From Octopus sinensis (Eukaryota), in NCBI RefSeq assembly GCF_006345805.1, contig NW_021834736.1:1-26470 (forward strand): a stretch of DNA of 26,470 nt. The letters run 5' to 3'. Position 1 is the stretch's first letter. Every line of letters begins with the position of its first letter. The notes under the pieces are model-generated. The model saw only the letters and a list, made by a program, of their open reading frames with translations. It searched no databases and was not told the origin of the DNA. Positions 10,957 through 22,600 of this stretch are shown one piece after another. Made by a program: the position numbers and the translations under genes.

Positions 10957-11058
10957 CTTAATGGTACTTCGTTTGTCTTTACGTACTGAGTTCAACTTCC
11001 GCCGAGGTCGCCTTTGCATTTTCTCCTTTCGGGGTCGATAGCTTAAGTACCAGTCAAG
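10956..11058 (+). mobile_element. SINE type C fragment
   Basis: GTCTTTACGTACTGAGTTCAACTTCCGCCGAGGTCGCCTTTGCA...CCTTTCGGGGTCGATA...AAGTACCAG is the reverse complement of the family at 14733-14918. Confidence 0.75.
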
Positions 11059-11827
11059 AAAGGCAAGTATCAAAATGCTTAGGAAAGATATTAAGGAAAA
11101 AAGTGAGGAGGGGATTAAAAATAGAGGGATAGATTATGCAACATGCAAGGAAGAGCGATGTCAGGAGAACAAAGATTACGGCGGTTATTGAAGACGCGAA
11201 ACAAATGATATTTGACTAAGCTGCAAAAATATTGCTATAAAATCACCATGACGGGTAGTCGTAATGAGTATATTGTACCCCAGTATCACTTTGATGGTGT
11301 AGCAATATTGATATCTACACTGTTTGAGGAAAACATTAGGAATGATCTTGTTTGGGATTACAAACATCTTTGGCTAGTTTAACCTTGTTGTGTCCACTGA
11401 TCTGATTGGTTAGCATCATCTAAGCGCGGTATTCGCATGCGCCTTTATCTGTACCTTCTGTCGCACACACGAACACACAGACACAAATATTATACGCATG
11501 CATTCATAACACAACACTACGCTAGTAATCACAACTCACTTTGTACACTATGAATAAAATCTATCTTCTCTTTATAAAAGTAGAATGGTTTTGGCGTCCT
11601 TTATTCATTTCCTTTGGCACTGTATATTAAACATGTATTATGGCTTATATTATTAATATGTTATTTTAGGATGCGGCCGTGCGGCGTACAAGAGGAGAAA
11701 AATGTCACCAAACTCCTTACGTACGGTCGTATTCCAACAATGGCATACGTTGCTCTCTCAATAGTAACAACAACAGTAATAACAACAGCAATAATAATAA
11801 TAATGATAATTTTATTTTCTAATATTG

Positions 11828-11965
11828 GTACAGCATAGGCTAGAGACTTCAGGAGAGGTGTGGTTCCGTTATGTTGATCCCAGTAGAGGCGGATACTTTA
11901 TTGTATCTACCTCGGAATGATGAAACAAGATCGGCGGGTTTCGAAATCGGATTATAAACAGATAT
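11828..11965 (-). mobile_element. Very degenerate SINE type C fragment
   Basis: GATCCCAGTA...TACTTTATT...CTCGGAATGATGAAA resembles the antisense type C body. Confidence 0.4.
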
Positions 11966-12007
11966 AACGAATAATGCAACATCGCTTTTGCATCACTCAA
12001 CCAATCC

Positions 12008-12224
<217 letters not shown>

Positions 12225-12486
12225 AAAAAAACAGAAACAATTCCTATGATAGTAGGTGCATTAGGCATGATAAAAAGATATTCAGACAAATACATAACAA
12301 AAACACCAGGACTTACAAACACATATAACATACAGAAAATTGCACTACTAGGCACTGCACACATCCTACGCAGAACACTTTTCATACAATAACCATCAGA
12401 GCATCACTACAAATCACAGCACATACCCAAGGCACACAGAGCTGCGCTCGGTAGTGAAGTGAAATCACGCTATAAAAATAAAACTA

Positions 12487-12489
<3 letters not shown>
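12225..12489 (+). mobile_element. 5'-truncated R4/Dong-like non-LTR retrotransposon (ORF C-terminus plus 3' UTR)
   Basis: KKTETIPMIVGALGMIKRYSDKYITKTPGLTNTYNIQKIALLGTAHILRRTLFIQ* matches the C-terminal P.VVGALG...QK.ALLGTAHILR signature of R4-clade restriction-like-endonuclease elements. It is flanked by (TAA)n on both sides. Confidence 0.8.
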
Positions 12490-12557
<68 letters not shown>

Positions 12558-12570
12558 TAACAATAATATA
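12490..12570. repeat. (AAT)n microsatellite
   Basis: Direct reading. Confidence 0.97.
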
Positions 12571-12899
12571 CTTCAGCTGATCTGAACGTGATTTCGCGCT
12601 ATTATTAGATTAGTTTCGGCGCAAAAAGAAATGACAGCGAAATAAATCTGAAAAGAAACGACAAACCGAATTAAATAATTCAAAACAAATAATTCAGAAC
12701 AAACAAAAAGCAAGAATGTCAACAATAAGAAAACATCAGACATAAATTAACAGCAACGTATATAAACACATATAACAAGAATATATATATACAACAAAAA
12801 TGAAAACAATATAAATACCAAAAACAAGAGGCCGGAAATCTAAACAAGACAACCTGGAAAAAATCTTAAAGTGTAAAGTTGATCTACGAATCGATAATC

Positions 12900-13510
12900 T
12901 TGACATAATTACTGCTGTAACATGTATTACGATGTTGTTTATTTTATAAACTGCTTACAGTAGCATTATCTTGTGTCTTTGCTAAGCAAATCTTTTCAGG
13001 CCAGGTAAAATACTTCAGCCCAAAAGAATATCTAACCATTTTTAAATATGTGAGTTTAAGCCGTTTATAGTAGCGTTATGACTATATCTGCTTTCATATT
13101 ATGTCTATTTAGAGTCAGACCAATTATTTTAGCCTTAAATATTTCAAGACCCTTTAAAATGTTAAGTTTAAGCCATTTATAGAAGCATTAGGTCTGTATC
13201 TCCTTCTTATGACTATTTAGGGTCAGTTCAAATATTTCAGCTGTTAACATATCTAACTCTTTAAAAAAAAGAGCAAGTGTTAGCCGCTTATTGCAGTTTC
13301 ATGACTATCGCTCCAACTGAAGAATGTATGTTTAGTGTTAGATCAAATTCTCAGCCATAAAAAATTCTAACCGTTCAGCCGTAAAAAATTCTAACTCTTT
13401 TAAGAGGAACAAATCTAGGATGCTCACAACAGCATTATGTTGGTTGGGGAAATTTGTTGAGAGCCGAGTAAAATTTTTCAGCGTTAAATAATTCCTGGGC
13501 CTATTAAATG
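12900..13510. repeat. Degenerate ~112-bp tandem repeat, about 5 copies
   Basis: Anchor AGCC(G/A)(T/C)TTAT..AG..(C/G)ATTA recurs at ~12948, 13059, 13171, 13282 and 13417. The last spacing is 112 plus an internal ~23-bp duplication. Confidence 0.75.
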
Positions 13511-14232
13511 GAGTAAGTGGGTTCCAAGACCACAGCTCAACTCATACATGAAGAATTTACTTGGGTGCATTTATAATGTCAGAATCTACACGAAACAATC
13601 AACAACTTAATATCTGTTTTATCTTGAGAAAATATTAGAAAGGGGAGTGCTACGTTAGAATTAAGTCTTCTGTATTGTCAAATTATATTCTGCGATAGGA
13701 GTCCAAATTAAGTTCTGAACTCTATTCAAATTCTATCAAGTTCCGTTTTATCAAAGTCTATAAAATGAAGTAGCAGCCACGGTGGAAGACAAACAAACGT
13801 TCGTAATACATATTCTTAGATATTTACGTCTTGAGTTTCAAGGCGTGGCGAAATTGTATTTATCTAGCCCTTTGAATAGTGTCCTTTTAATAAATATCCA
13901 AGAGAAAGCAGCAGGAAAAACGGGCAACCGTTTCCTAATAGAAAAATTCTCCAATAAGCACGAGGCAATATTCAAGAATATCATAAGAGACGCTCTCCTT
14001 GATGTGCATATCTGAACGTGTTTGTGTATACATATTCTGTTTAATAAAGATCGTTGTGTATTATTATACGACAGCGAAATGTATTGATGTATAATGGATG
14101 CGGAGTATCTACACACAGAATAAACATTGTTTATCAGTATTAATCTCTGGAATAAAAGTAGTGTACTCATATTGAAAAACTTAGGTCAAATACATGTGTG
14201 TAATTAGTGACACGGGTTGCTGTACTTGATAG

Positions 14233-14388
14233 AAACGGATCAAGATATGGTGTTAGCCCAAGATATGAGAAATGGTCGCAAGGTTTACATTAGAATGGAT
14301 TATTTAGAAAATGAACTGAAGGTCCACATAGTCAGGTTGCAATTAACAAAAGGTGCAGATTTACCGCTGTTTATGGAACTCTGTTCAG
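14233..14388 (+). other. Candidate 156-nt coding exon (unverified)
   Basis: Acceptor-like TTGCTGTACTTGATAG and donor CAG|GTAAGG; open, symmetric phase 1-1; non-repetitive peptide TDQDMVLAQDMRNGRKVYIRMDYLENELK... Confidence 0.2.
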
Positions 14389-14544
14389 GTAAGGATATTC
14401 CAGGAGCTTCCGTTCTAAAGATAATTCAGTTAAGACCCTTGAAAAGATTTAGATATGGCGGAGTATATTTACCACGAAAGCACCTGATTACGAAGCGAAC
14501 AACTTACCTTACGGTATCAATCTAGCTTACATATTTGTTTCACA

Positions 14545-14714
14545 TTTCGGCACCAGGCCAGTATTACGTGGGATATGATAAGCCAGTTAAATCGTTCCCC
14601 CAGTAAACGACTGGTACTCACTTCATCGACTCCTTCAATTCAGGATGTAAAGACGGCTTAAATGTTGCTAAGCATTTACCCTGCATGCTGACGATTTCTC
14701 CAGATCGCCGCTTT
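14545..14714 (-). mobile_element. SINE type C, internally deleted and degenerate
   Basis: GGCACCAGGCCAG...ACTGGTACT...GTAAAGACGG...GCTAAGCATTT...CGCCGCTT. Confidence 0.65.
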
Positions 14715-14732
14715 GCCTCACATAACACAATG

Positions 14733-15132
14733 GTTTCAGATTATGGCACAAGGCTAGCAAGTTTGTGTGAGTGGTAAAATTGATCACATCAACCCAGTGT
14801 TTAACTGATACGTGTTTAATAGACTCCGAAAGGGATCAAAAGGGTAAGTCGGTCTCGTTGGGATTGGAATTCAGAACTTAAAGACGGACCGAATGCCGCT
14901 TAGCATTTTGTTCGGCATACTCTTTACTCTTTTACTCTTTTACTTGCTTCAGTAATTTGATTGCGGCCATGCTGGAGCACCGCCTTTTAGTCGGGCAAAT
15001 TGAACCCAGGACTTATTCTTTGTAAGCCTAGTACTTATTCTATCGATCTCTTTTGCCGAACCGCTAAGTTACGGGGACATAACCACACCAGCATCAGTTG
15101 TCAAATGATGTTGAGGGGACAAGCACATACAC

Positions 15133-15195
<63 letters not shown>

Positions 15196-15390
15196 AACGA
15201 CGGGCTTCTTCCAGTTTCCGTCTACTAAATCCACTCACAGGGCTTTGGTCGGCCCGAGGCTATAGTAGAAGACACTTGCCCAAGATGCCATGCAGTGGGA
15301 CTGAACCCGGAACAATGGGGTTGGTAAACAAGCTACTTACCACACAGCCACTCCTGCGCTATGCTACTATGCTGCCTGTTCGGTGCCGTA
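14733..15390 (-). mobile_element. SINE type C interrupted near its 5' end by a type A SINE
   Basis: Body at 14733-14918 ends GCCGCTTAGCATTTTGTTCGGCATAC; a plausible continuation ATGCTACTATGCTGCCTGTTCG resumes at 15361. Confidence 0.65.
14919..15359 (-). mobile_element. SINE type A, full length
   Basis: Reverse complement of the type A structure from the (CTCTTTTA)n tail to the CACAGCCACTCCTGCGC head; central (CA)n(TA)n. Confidence 0.93.
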
Positions 15391-16019
15391 CTTGAGCTTA
15401 AAATTTATAAAACATGCATCAAGAGATATCTAACGTCAATCTTTGCATGAACATTTTTTGTGAGATAACGCAGAAACGGTTTGTATTCGTAGGCTTTATC
15501 TCCCGGTGAAGTGAGAGTTTTGCTCATAATTAATAATCTCAGATTACTTCTCGGAGCAATTCCATGTATTTCTGTGAACATCGAGTGCATGGAATGTGTT
15601 ACTAAAACAGAAGACCACAATAGAAAGAGCAAACCAACTGCATTTGGAGACTAATTTTACAAAAACGCCCTGAGATATCTCCCTCAGTTGCTCGGTCAAA
15701 GTATAGCAAAAGCTATAACGAAATATTGCTCCAAGCCATTGCATTTAATAACACTGTATTTATTTCAGGATTTTGAAAATACGAGAAAAAAATCAAATAA
15801 TTGTCATTTCATTTTCTCTTTTCTTAGAAATGCCATATGTGGTCAGTTCTAACTTACAATCAAACGTGTATAAGTAAGTACATAGCACTGATACACTGCT
15901 TCCAGGTATATACTGGGAACATTTGATTGACATATATTTCCAGTGTCCTAGCTAACACAATATAAAACGTAAAATTAAGCGCAAATAAAACCAAAATCAA
16001 TATACAAGGAGAATTGTGT

Positions 16020-16089
16020 ATGTATACATGTATCTATCATCTGTATATATACGTATGAATGTATGTACGCATTCATATATATAATTATA

Positions 16090-16155
<66 letters not shown>

Positions 16156-16258
16156 CATATATATATATATACATATGTTGAAAAGATATACAGAGTGAGA
16201 GAGAGAGAGATGCATGTAACATATCATACACAGAGAGATAAACAGGTAGATAGATAGG

Positions 16259-16342
<84 letters not shown>

Positions 16343-16705
16343 CAGATAGATAGATAGATAGATAGATAGATACACAGGCAGAGAAATTGATGTATGGTTG
16401 GAGGGATGGATGAATACATTGATATATAGATAGATACATATAACATACAGACACACACTTATATGTGCACGCATATTTACGTATATATATGTGTGCTATA
16501 TATATATATATATATACATATATGCATGTATATGTATATATGTATAAACATATATCTGTGTGTCTGTGTGTACGTGTATATATTTGTGTATGATTATATA
16601 TATATATATGTATGTATGTATGTAAACGTTTATATATATAAATATATATGTATCTGTATATTTATCTATATATTTATATATATGTGTGTGTCTGTGTGTG
16701 TGTGT
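16020..16705. repeat. (TA)n, (GATA)n (16244-16372) and (TA/TG) compound arrays
   Basis: Direct reading. Confidence 0.92.
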
Positions 16706-16994
16706 GCATATATAGTTCTCTGTTTAACACGCTGGATGGAATATTGATCCAGCTGAAATAATCTCAAATACAAGATGATCTGCCAGTATATATTTAGAAA
16801 TATAATCAGAAACCAAAGACGCAAGATAAATTACAGTTCCTGTATTTTGGTTAACTATGGAAGAGTTTACTCTTCGATACCTTATATACGAAAATACATT
16901 TCTTCGCACTGGAATTTTATAGAAAATCAGAATAAAATTCAGTACATATATATATAACACGTACACAAAGGAGTACACAAACAGACATATTTGT

Positions 16995-17220
16995 ACTTAT
17001 GAATGCATGTGCGTGTATGTATATATGGGTCGGTGGCTGGCTGGATGGCTCGCTGGCTGGATGGGTGGATGGATGGGTGGATGCATACATGTATAGAGAA
17101 AGCACATGCTCGTTCATCTATGTCTGTACGTATATAATATATATAAATACTGAGAGAGCAGGAGGGAGAGAAATAGTGGGTGAGACTGACTTATAGGTGT
17201 ACGTATATGTATGTATGTAC

Positions 17221-17295
<75 letters not shown>

Positions 17296-17357
17296 ATGTA
17301 TGTGGTGTACATAATATATATGCATGTATATATATATATACATATATATATGTATAT

Positions 17358-17397
<40 letters not shown>

Positions 17398-17698
17398 AAT
17401 ATATATACATATATATGTATGAATGTGTATAGACAATTATGGCATTCTTACATTGAACAATACCAGCATTTTGTTCTATAACTCCCTCTTCACGTACTCG
17501 TCTATTATATGACTGCGTGTGTATATACAAATTATATAATATGTATATATATTATATGCATTTATGTATAAGAATAGATGTGCATTACACATACATACGT
17601 ATATCTATCTATCTATTTATCTGTCTATATATGATACATACCTACTTATATATATATATATATGAATCTATACATAAATCTCAAAGTGCATATAATAC

Positions 17699-17737
<39 letters not shown>

Positions 17738-17770
17738 GTATGTATGTATATATGTATGTGTATACGCACA
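16995..17770. repeat. (TGGA/TGGC), (TA)n and (TG)n compound arrays
   Basis: Direct reading. Confidence 0.88.
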
Positions 17771-18139
17771 TAAAATAATGCCATTCTTCTTACTCCGTTT
17801 CTCTATTTCCTGTTTATTCTCGCTTATTCCTCATATTTCAACCGCCCCCCCCCCCCCATCTCGCCAATACCGCTAAATCCGCCTCCTCCCTATTGTTGTC
17901 TTCTTCAAGTTCCAGTTCCATTATTTAGATACAGTTGAAAATATTTTCATTGATTATATTCACAGTTTGAAATTTCAATAACAAACATCAACGTCTTTTA
18001 AAATGTTGTATCAGATCAAATGATTTATCTTCGACAGCTACCGGAGTAGTTGTAGTTTCGTTCTAAAGATGTGAGGGGGGAGGGGAGGGTCGCGTTTGCC
18101 GTTTTGTCATCCCTTATTTAGAATTATATCTCACAGATT

Positions 18140-18730
18140 TCGAGATGTATACATAACATGCATTTACAAACATATATATATATATATATATATATGTATA
18201 AATATATGTGTGTGTGTATTCATAGACATATATATATATATATATTATATATATACATATATACACATACATATACTTATATACGCATATTTATGCAAGC
18301 ATTAATTTAAATGTATACATATATACATACGTATATATATACACACATATATATATATATACATATATACATATATATGCATGTACATACATGTATATAT
18401 GTATGTGTATATATATACACATATACATATACATATATATATATATATATATTTTATTTATTAATTTGTTATATATATATATATACATGCATGCACATAC
18501 ATATATAAGCATATATATGCAAGCAGTAGTTTAAATGTATACATATAACTATGTATATTGTATATATATATATGTATATATATACAGATATACATATGTA
18601 TATATGTACATATATATATATATACTTTTATATATATATATATGTATATATATATATGTATGTATATATACATACTACATGCATACGAGTATATCTGTGT
18701 GTATGTATATGTGTGTATGTGTGTGTGGGT
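18140..18730. repeat. Degenerate (TA)/(CATA) array
   Basis: Direct reading. Confidence 0.9.
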
Positions 18731-19877
18731 CCAGGCGCACTCAATACATTATAGAATATTAAATTGCACTCTAAGTAGCTGGAATATGGGATAAAATAAT
18801 CTCTATTCTGAAAAGATGTGCAACATTTAACAGGAATTGCCTAACAGAGTAAGCGTATACTTTGACAAATGGGAATTATATAACAGAAGACAAACATGCA
18901 TATATATATCGTGATGCACGGGCTTGTATGCATCAGTGTCTGAGAAAGCGATGACAGTAGGAGTTCTAAATCACTCGTATGGCTAACTCTGGGAACGCTG
19001 TCGAAGACGAGGACCCAAACTAAGGGCGTCCCACCACAAAAAAACCCATCAATGCGACAAGTGGATGATGATTACAAAAGATCTGAATGGTTGAACCAAT
19101 GTATGAAACATGGTGAATATGCTACAGAAGGCGCCACTGAAAAGTGTAGCCCGATCAGCGATGCTTTGCGGTTGAATAACTGGATCCTACAAAACTTATT
19201 CCATATGTGCCGTCGAGGAAATCAAGTTTCGGCTGAATCAAGTGTGTGGGTAACTTCCTGGCATATTCACCTTAAACAAATTCACGGCATCGGAATATTC
19301 TTCTTTGATTTTCTTTTCCTTCAACTCCAATCACCTATCGCAAAGCCCAACGGCCGTAGGGAATGGTTGACTGAATCAGATTATGGTGAAACTGGAACGT
19401 CCTCGTCCTGAACCTGCCACGAAATATATGATGGCCGCTCTCCTATGATCCATTGACTACTTAGGTGTCCGTTTCTCATTCTCTATACAACTCAATCGAG
19501 GAAGGTCCTAGAAAAGGTGAACTAAACATCGGGAGTCCCTACCACTGACCAGCCAGAAAACCATACCTGTATAATACTTGAGAATATTACAAAAATCGAT
19601 TCCTAGTGGGAATGCGATCGATAAAGCTGTGGGAACCTGCATTTGTACGCGCAAGTACATCAGTCGAAATTCGTCTTTTGCTGGTGTCTCAAATCAGTTA
19701 AATCAGTTTTTCTATGTGACGGTCGGATAAGTTTTTTTGAGAAAATTTGGCTTAAATGTTTGACAATTCAGCACATTCAGTGTATGCGTACTTCTGGTCG
19801 GTCTTCAATGCGGTTGGTTTCCTTACATACCGTAAATTAGCAATTCGACATTTGAGGATTATCGTACATATCACACT

Positions 19878-19977
19878 TATAAGAAATCAAGCAAGTACTT
19901 GGGGCGGTTTGATCGAATAACCACTACAAAACGGCGCTCTGACCTGGTCGAAGTTCAACGACTGAATAAAGTAAAAG
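19878..19977 (+). mobile_element. Degenerate SINE 3' tail (type A/C-related)
   Basis: AAGTACTTGGGGCGGTTTGATCGA...CGGCGCTCTGACCTGG...AACGACTGAATAAAGTAAAAG. Confidence 0.6.
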
Positions 19978-20200
19978 CTGCTTAAAATTGCTTTTAAAAG
20001 TATTACGTTTTAATTAGTTTCGAGGTCGCCGGAGCGTATTAAAATTAGATACAAAAGCAAACGTTTCTAATCTACATATTCTTAGAGTAAATATGATTTA
20101 TACACGGTTGGCAGATATCAGCAGTCATTAGCGATCGATTTGGACGCTGAAATTGTAAAGAAACATTATTGGCTCCTGTTTATACACAACTGTCCGAATA

Positions 20201-20246
20201 ATGGTGCTGAAGAGATATATTGCGTCGAAACACCGGTGTACCGCGT
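20201..20246 (+). ncRNA. Minimal type I hammerhead ribozyme-like motif HH3 (catalytic core intact)
   Basis: ATGGTG-CTGAAGA-GATATATTGCGTC-GAAAC-ACCGGT-GTA-CCGCGT. G10.1-C11.1 pair, perfect palindrome ACACCGGTGT as stem III, GUA triplet; stem I is weak (2 mismatches in 6). Confidence 0.65.
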
Positions 20247-20463
20247 TCCCTTGTGCCAATGAGTCTAGCTTGTAATGAATGCATTGTCATCCTAAAAATG
20301 ATAAACTGACTTCCTGCGACATAAACAACAGTGATTAGCATATATGCATCTGAATATGTCGAAAGGTATAAAGAATAATCTGCATGACCTCATTTCAAAT
20401 CTCGATACTCATAAAGCAAATGAAAATTCATAAATAAAAATTACTTACCAAATATGGTTGGTG

Positions 20464-20848
20464 CTCTGTTACTCTGTTACTTGTTTCAGTCCATTCATTA
20501 GACTACGCTCGAGCAGGAGCATCACCTTTAAGTGTTTTAGCCGAAGAAATCGACCCCATGACTTATTCTTCGTAAGCCTAGTACATATTCTATCGGTCCC
20601 TTCTCCGAACCGCTAAGTTGCGGCGAGGTAAACACAGTTGTCAAGTGATGGTGGGATGACAAACACAGATATACCTATACATATATGTGTGTATGGGAGT
20701 ATATCTGTGTCTATACGACGGGCTTCTTTCAGTTTCCGTCTACCAAATCGATATACAAGTGGCTACAGTAGAAGACACTTGCCTAAGATCTCACGGAGTG
20801 GGATTGAACCTGTAGTCAGGCGTTTAACCACACAACCACGCCTACGCC
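20464..20848 (-). mobile_element. SINE type A (internal deletions)
   Basis: Tail CTCTGTTACTCTGTTACTTGTTTCAG, body CGAACCGCTAAGTT, CTTCTTTCAGTTTCCGTCTACC, GAAGACACTTGCC. Confidence 0.85.
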
Positions 20849-20850
20849 CT

Positions 20851-21245
20851 GAAAATTTGCTTCTCAACCCAACCACATAGTTCAGGGACCATTTTCACTG
20901 CGTGGCACACTGTGGAGTGTTTTCTACTATAATTTCGTGCTAACGAAAGATTTCTGAGTGAATTTCGTAGACGGAAACTAAAAGAAGATGGTCGCGTATG
21001 TGTGTCTGTGTGTATTTGTGTAGGTGTATTTGTGTATGTGTGTTTGTGTATATGTGTTCCAACATTGCTGAACGACCGGTGCTGGTATGTTTACATCCCC
21101 GTAACTAAAGCAATTCTCCCAAAAAGACCGACAGAATAAATTACAAACTCAAAAAAATACAATTACGGGGGTCGATTGCTTCGACTAAAATCCTTTTCGG
21201 CTGTGGCTCAACATGGCAACAGTCAGGTGTCTAAAAGAAATAAAA
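20851..21245 (+). mobile_element. SINE type A (older, diverged), head-to-head with 20464-20848
   Basis: CACTGCGTGGCAC...GTAGACGGAAACTAAAAGAAG, central (TG) repeat, GGGGTCGAT...CAACATGGCAACAGTC tail. Confidence 0.8.
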
Positions 21246-21247
21246 TG

Positions 21248-21492
21248 TTCCTTCTCGAGCCATGCCAGGCTTATACTGACCGGTTTACCGGTTTCAGTGG
21301 CGTAGAAATTCCCCACCTGGACTGGACGCGTTCTGTCGCAGGATTACTCATTTTTGCCAGCTGAGTGGACTGGAGCAACGTGAAAATAAAGTGTTTTGCC
21401 CAAGAACACAATGCATCGCCCGGTCCAGGAATCGAAACCGCAACCTTTCGATCATGATTTCAGCACCCTAACCACCAAGCCACGCGCCTCCG
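21248..21492 (-). mobile_element. tRNA-derived CORE-like SINE with a type B-like head and a different tail
   Basis: Head (plus strand GAATCGAAACCGC...CCCTAACCACC...GCGCCTCC) resembles 3925-3992. The CORE block CAGCTGAGTGGACTGGAGCAACGTGAAAATAAAGTG resembles 4225-4275. Confidence 0.8.
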
Positions 21493-21959
21493 CAAAAGAA
21501 ATAAAAGACACAAAAAAAGAAAGAGAAAAAATTACCATTATTTTTAAACAACTTCACAGAGAGCGGGTAGGGACAGAATGACTAGATTGGAAGGGAGACG
21601 TTAAGAATACGAATCGTTTTAGAATTGTCCCAAATTAGGCAATAACTTTCGTTAGCTTCTAAATAAAGTGACAGCTAAAATCTATGGATTTATTCCATAG
21701 TACTGTTTAGTATTGAAAATAAAACAGCTGACATGTTTTATATTAGAAGTGTCAACAGAGACGAGCCGGAGATATTTCTAGAATTATTTACAATAAATAA
21801 TTCGTCTTCATAGTTCTCACAGAGGTTACAGCATTGAAGTAGACAAATATCGATATTCGATTAACTGATGGACGGTGAATTTGACAGGTGTAGGTAATGT
21901 GATTGATAAGTAATCTACTTTTTTTGTTATGTAGATGAGTAAATATATGGGAAAAAAAG

Positions 21960-21963
21960 AATA

Positions 21964-22002
<39 letters not shown>

Positions 22003-22032
22003 TATATAAATGAATATGTAATATAAATATGC

Positions 22033-22103
<71 letters not shown>

Positions 22104-22150
22104 AATGAATATGTATATATAAATATGCATATATATATATATATATACAC

Positions 22151-22189
<39 letters not shown>

Positions 22190-22239
22190 GAATATGTATA
22201 TATAAATGCATTATATATAATATATATATATCACAACAC

Positions 22240-22282
<43 letters not shown>

Positions 22283-22297
22283 TATTATATTATATTA

Positions 22298-22332
<35 letters not shown>

Positions 22333-22600
22333 AATGAATATGTATATATAAATATGCAATATATAAATATGCATATATATAAATATGCATATATATAAAT
22401 TGCATATATATATATAATATATATATATATGCATATACATGCATACGTATGCACATCCACACACACTCATATTTATATACATATGTGTCCTTATGTGTGT
22501 TACCTTGTGTTCCGAATACTGTGAGTGTGCTGGTAGATTTGTGTCCATGAGTATACTTACATACACGTGTATATACGTGTGTTTATGTGTGAGTATATAT
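21960..22600. repeat. (TA)n array with a cryptic ~33-bp recurring unit
   Basis: ATAAATGAATATGTATATATAAATATGCAT recurs near 22007, 22100, 22184 and 22330. Confidence 0.85.

Noticed and set aside
12600-12650. Minus-strand CTGTCA...GAAAC motif
   Set aside because: The core is not CUGANGA and the stems do not pair.
15405-15601. Minus-strand open frame after a TCTTCTGTTTTAG acceptor (possible terminal exon)
   Set aside because: Only ~65 codons, no recognisable homology, and no poly(A) signal before the next SINE. It cannot be supported without RNA data.
17840-18090. C13 run and GGGGGGAGGGGAGGG run with small AT palindromes between them (G-quadruplex or promoter-like)
   Set aside because: Short homopolymer-like runs are common in this low-complexity DNA; no supporting promoter or repeat structure.
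19052-19411. 119-aa ORF in non-repetitive sequence
   Set aside because: No recognisable domain and no coherent splice pattern on either strand; its length is compatible with chance.
20440-20465. Perfect minus-strand donor TG|GTAAGT beside a SINE tail
   Set aside because: Only ~17 nt of unique sequence precede it and there is no convincing acceptor; such hexamers occur by chance.
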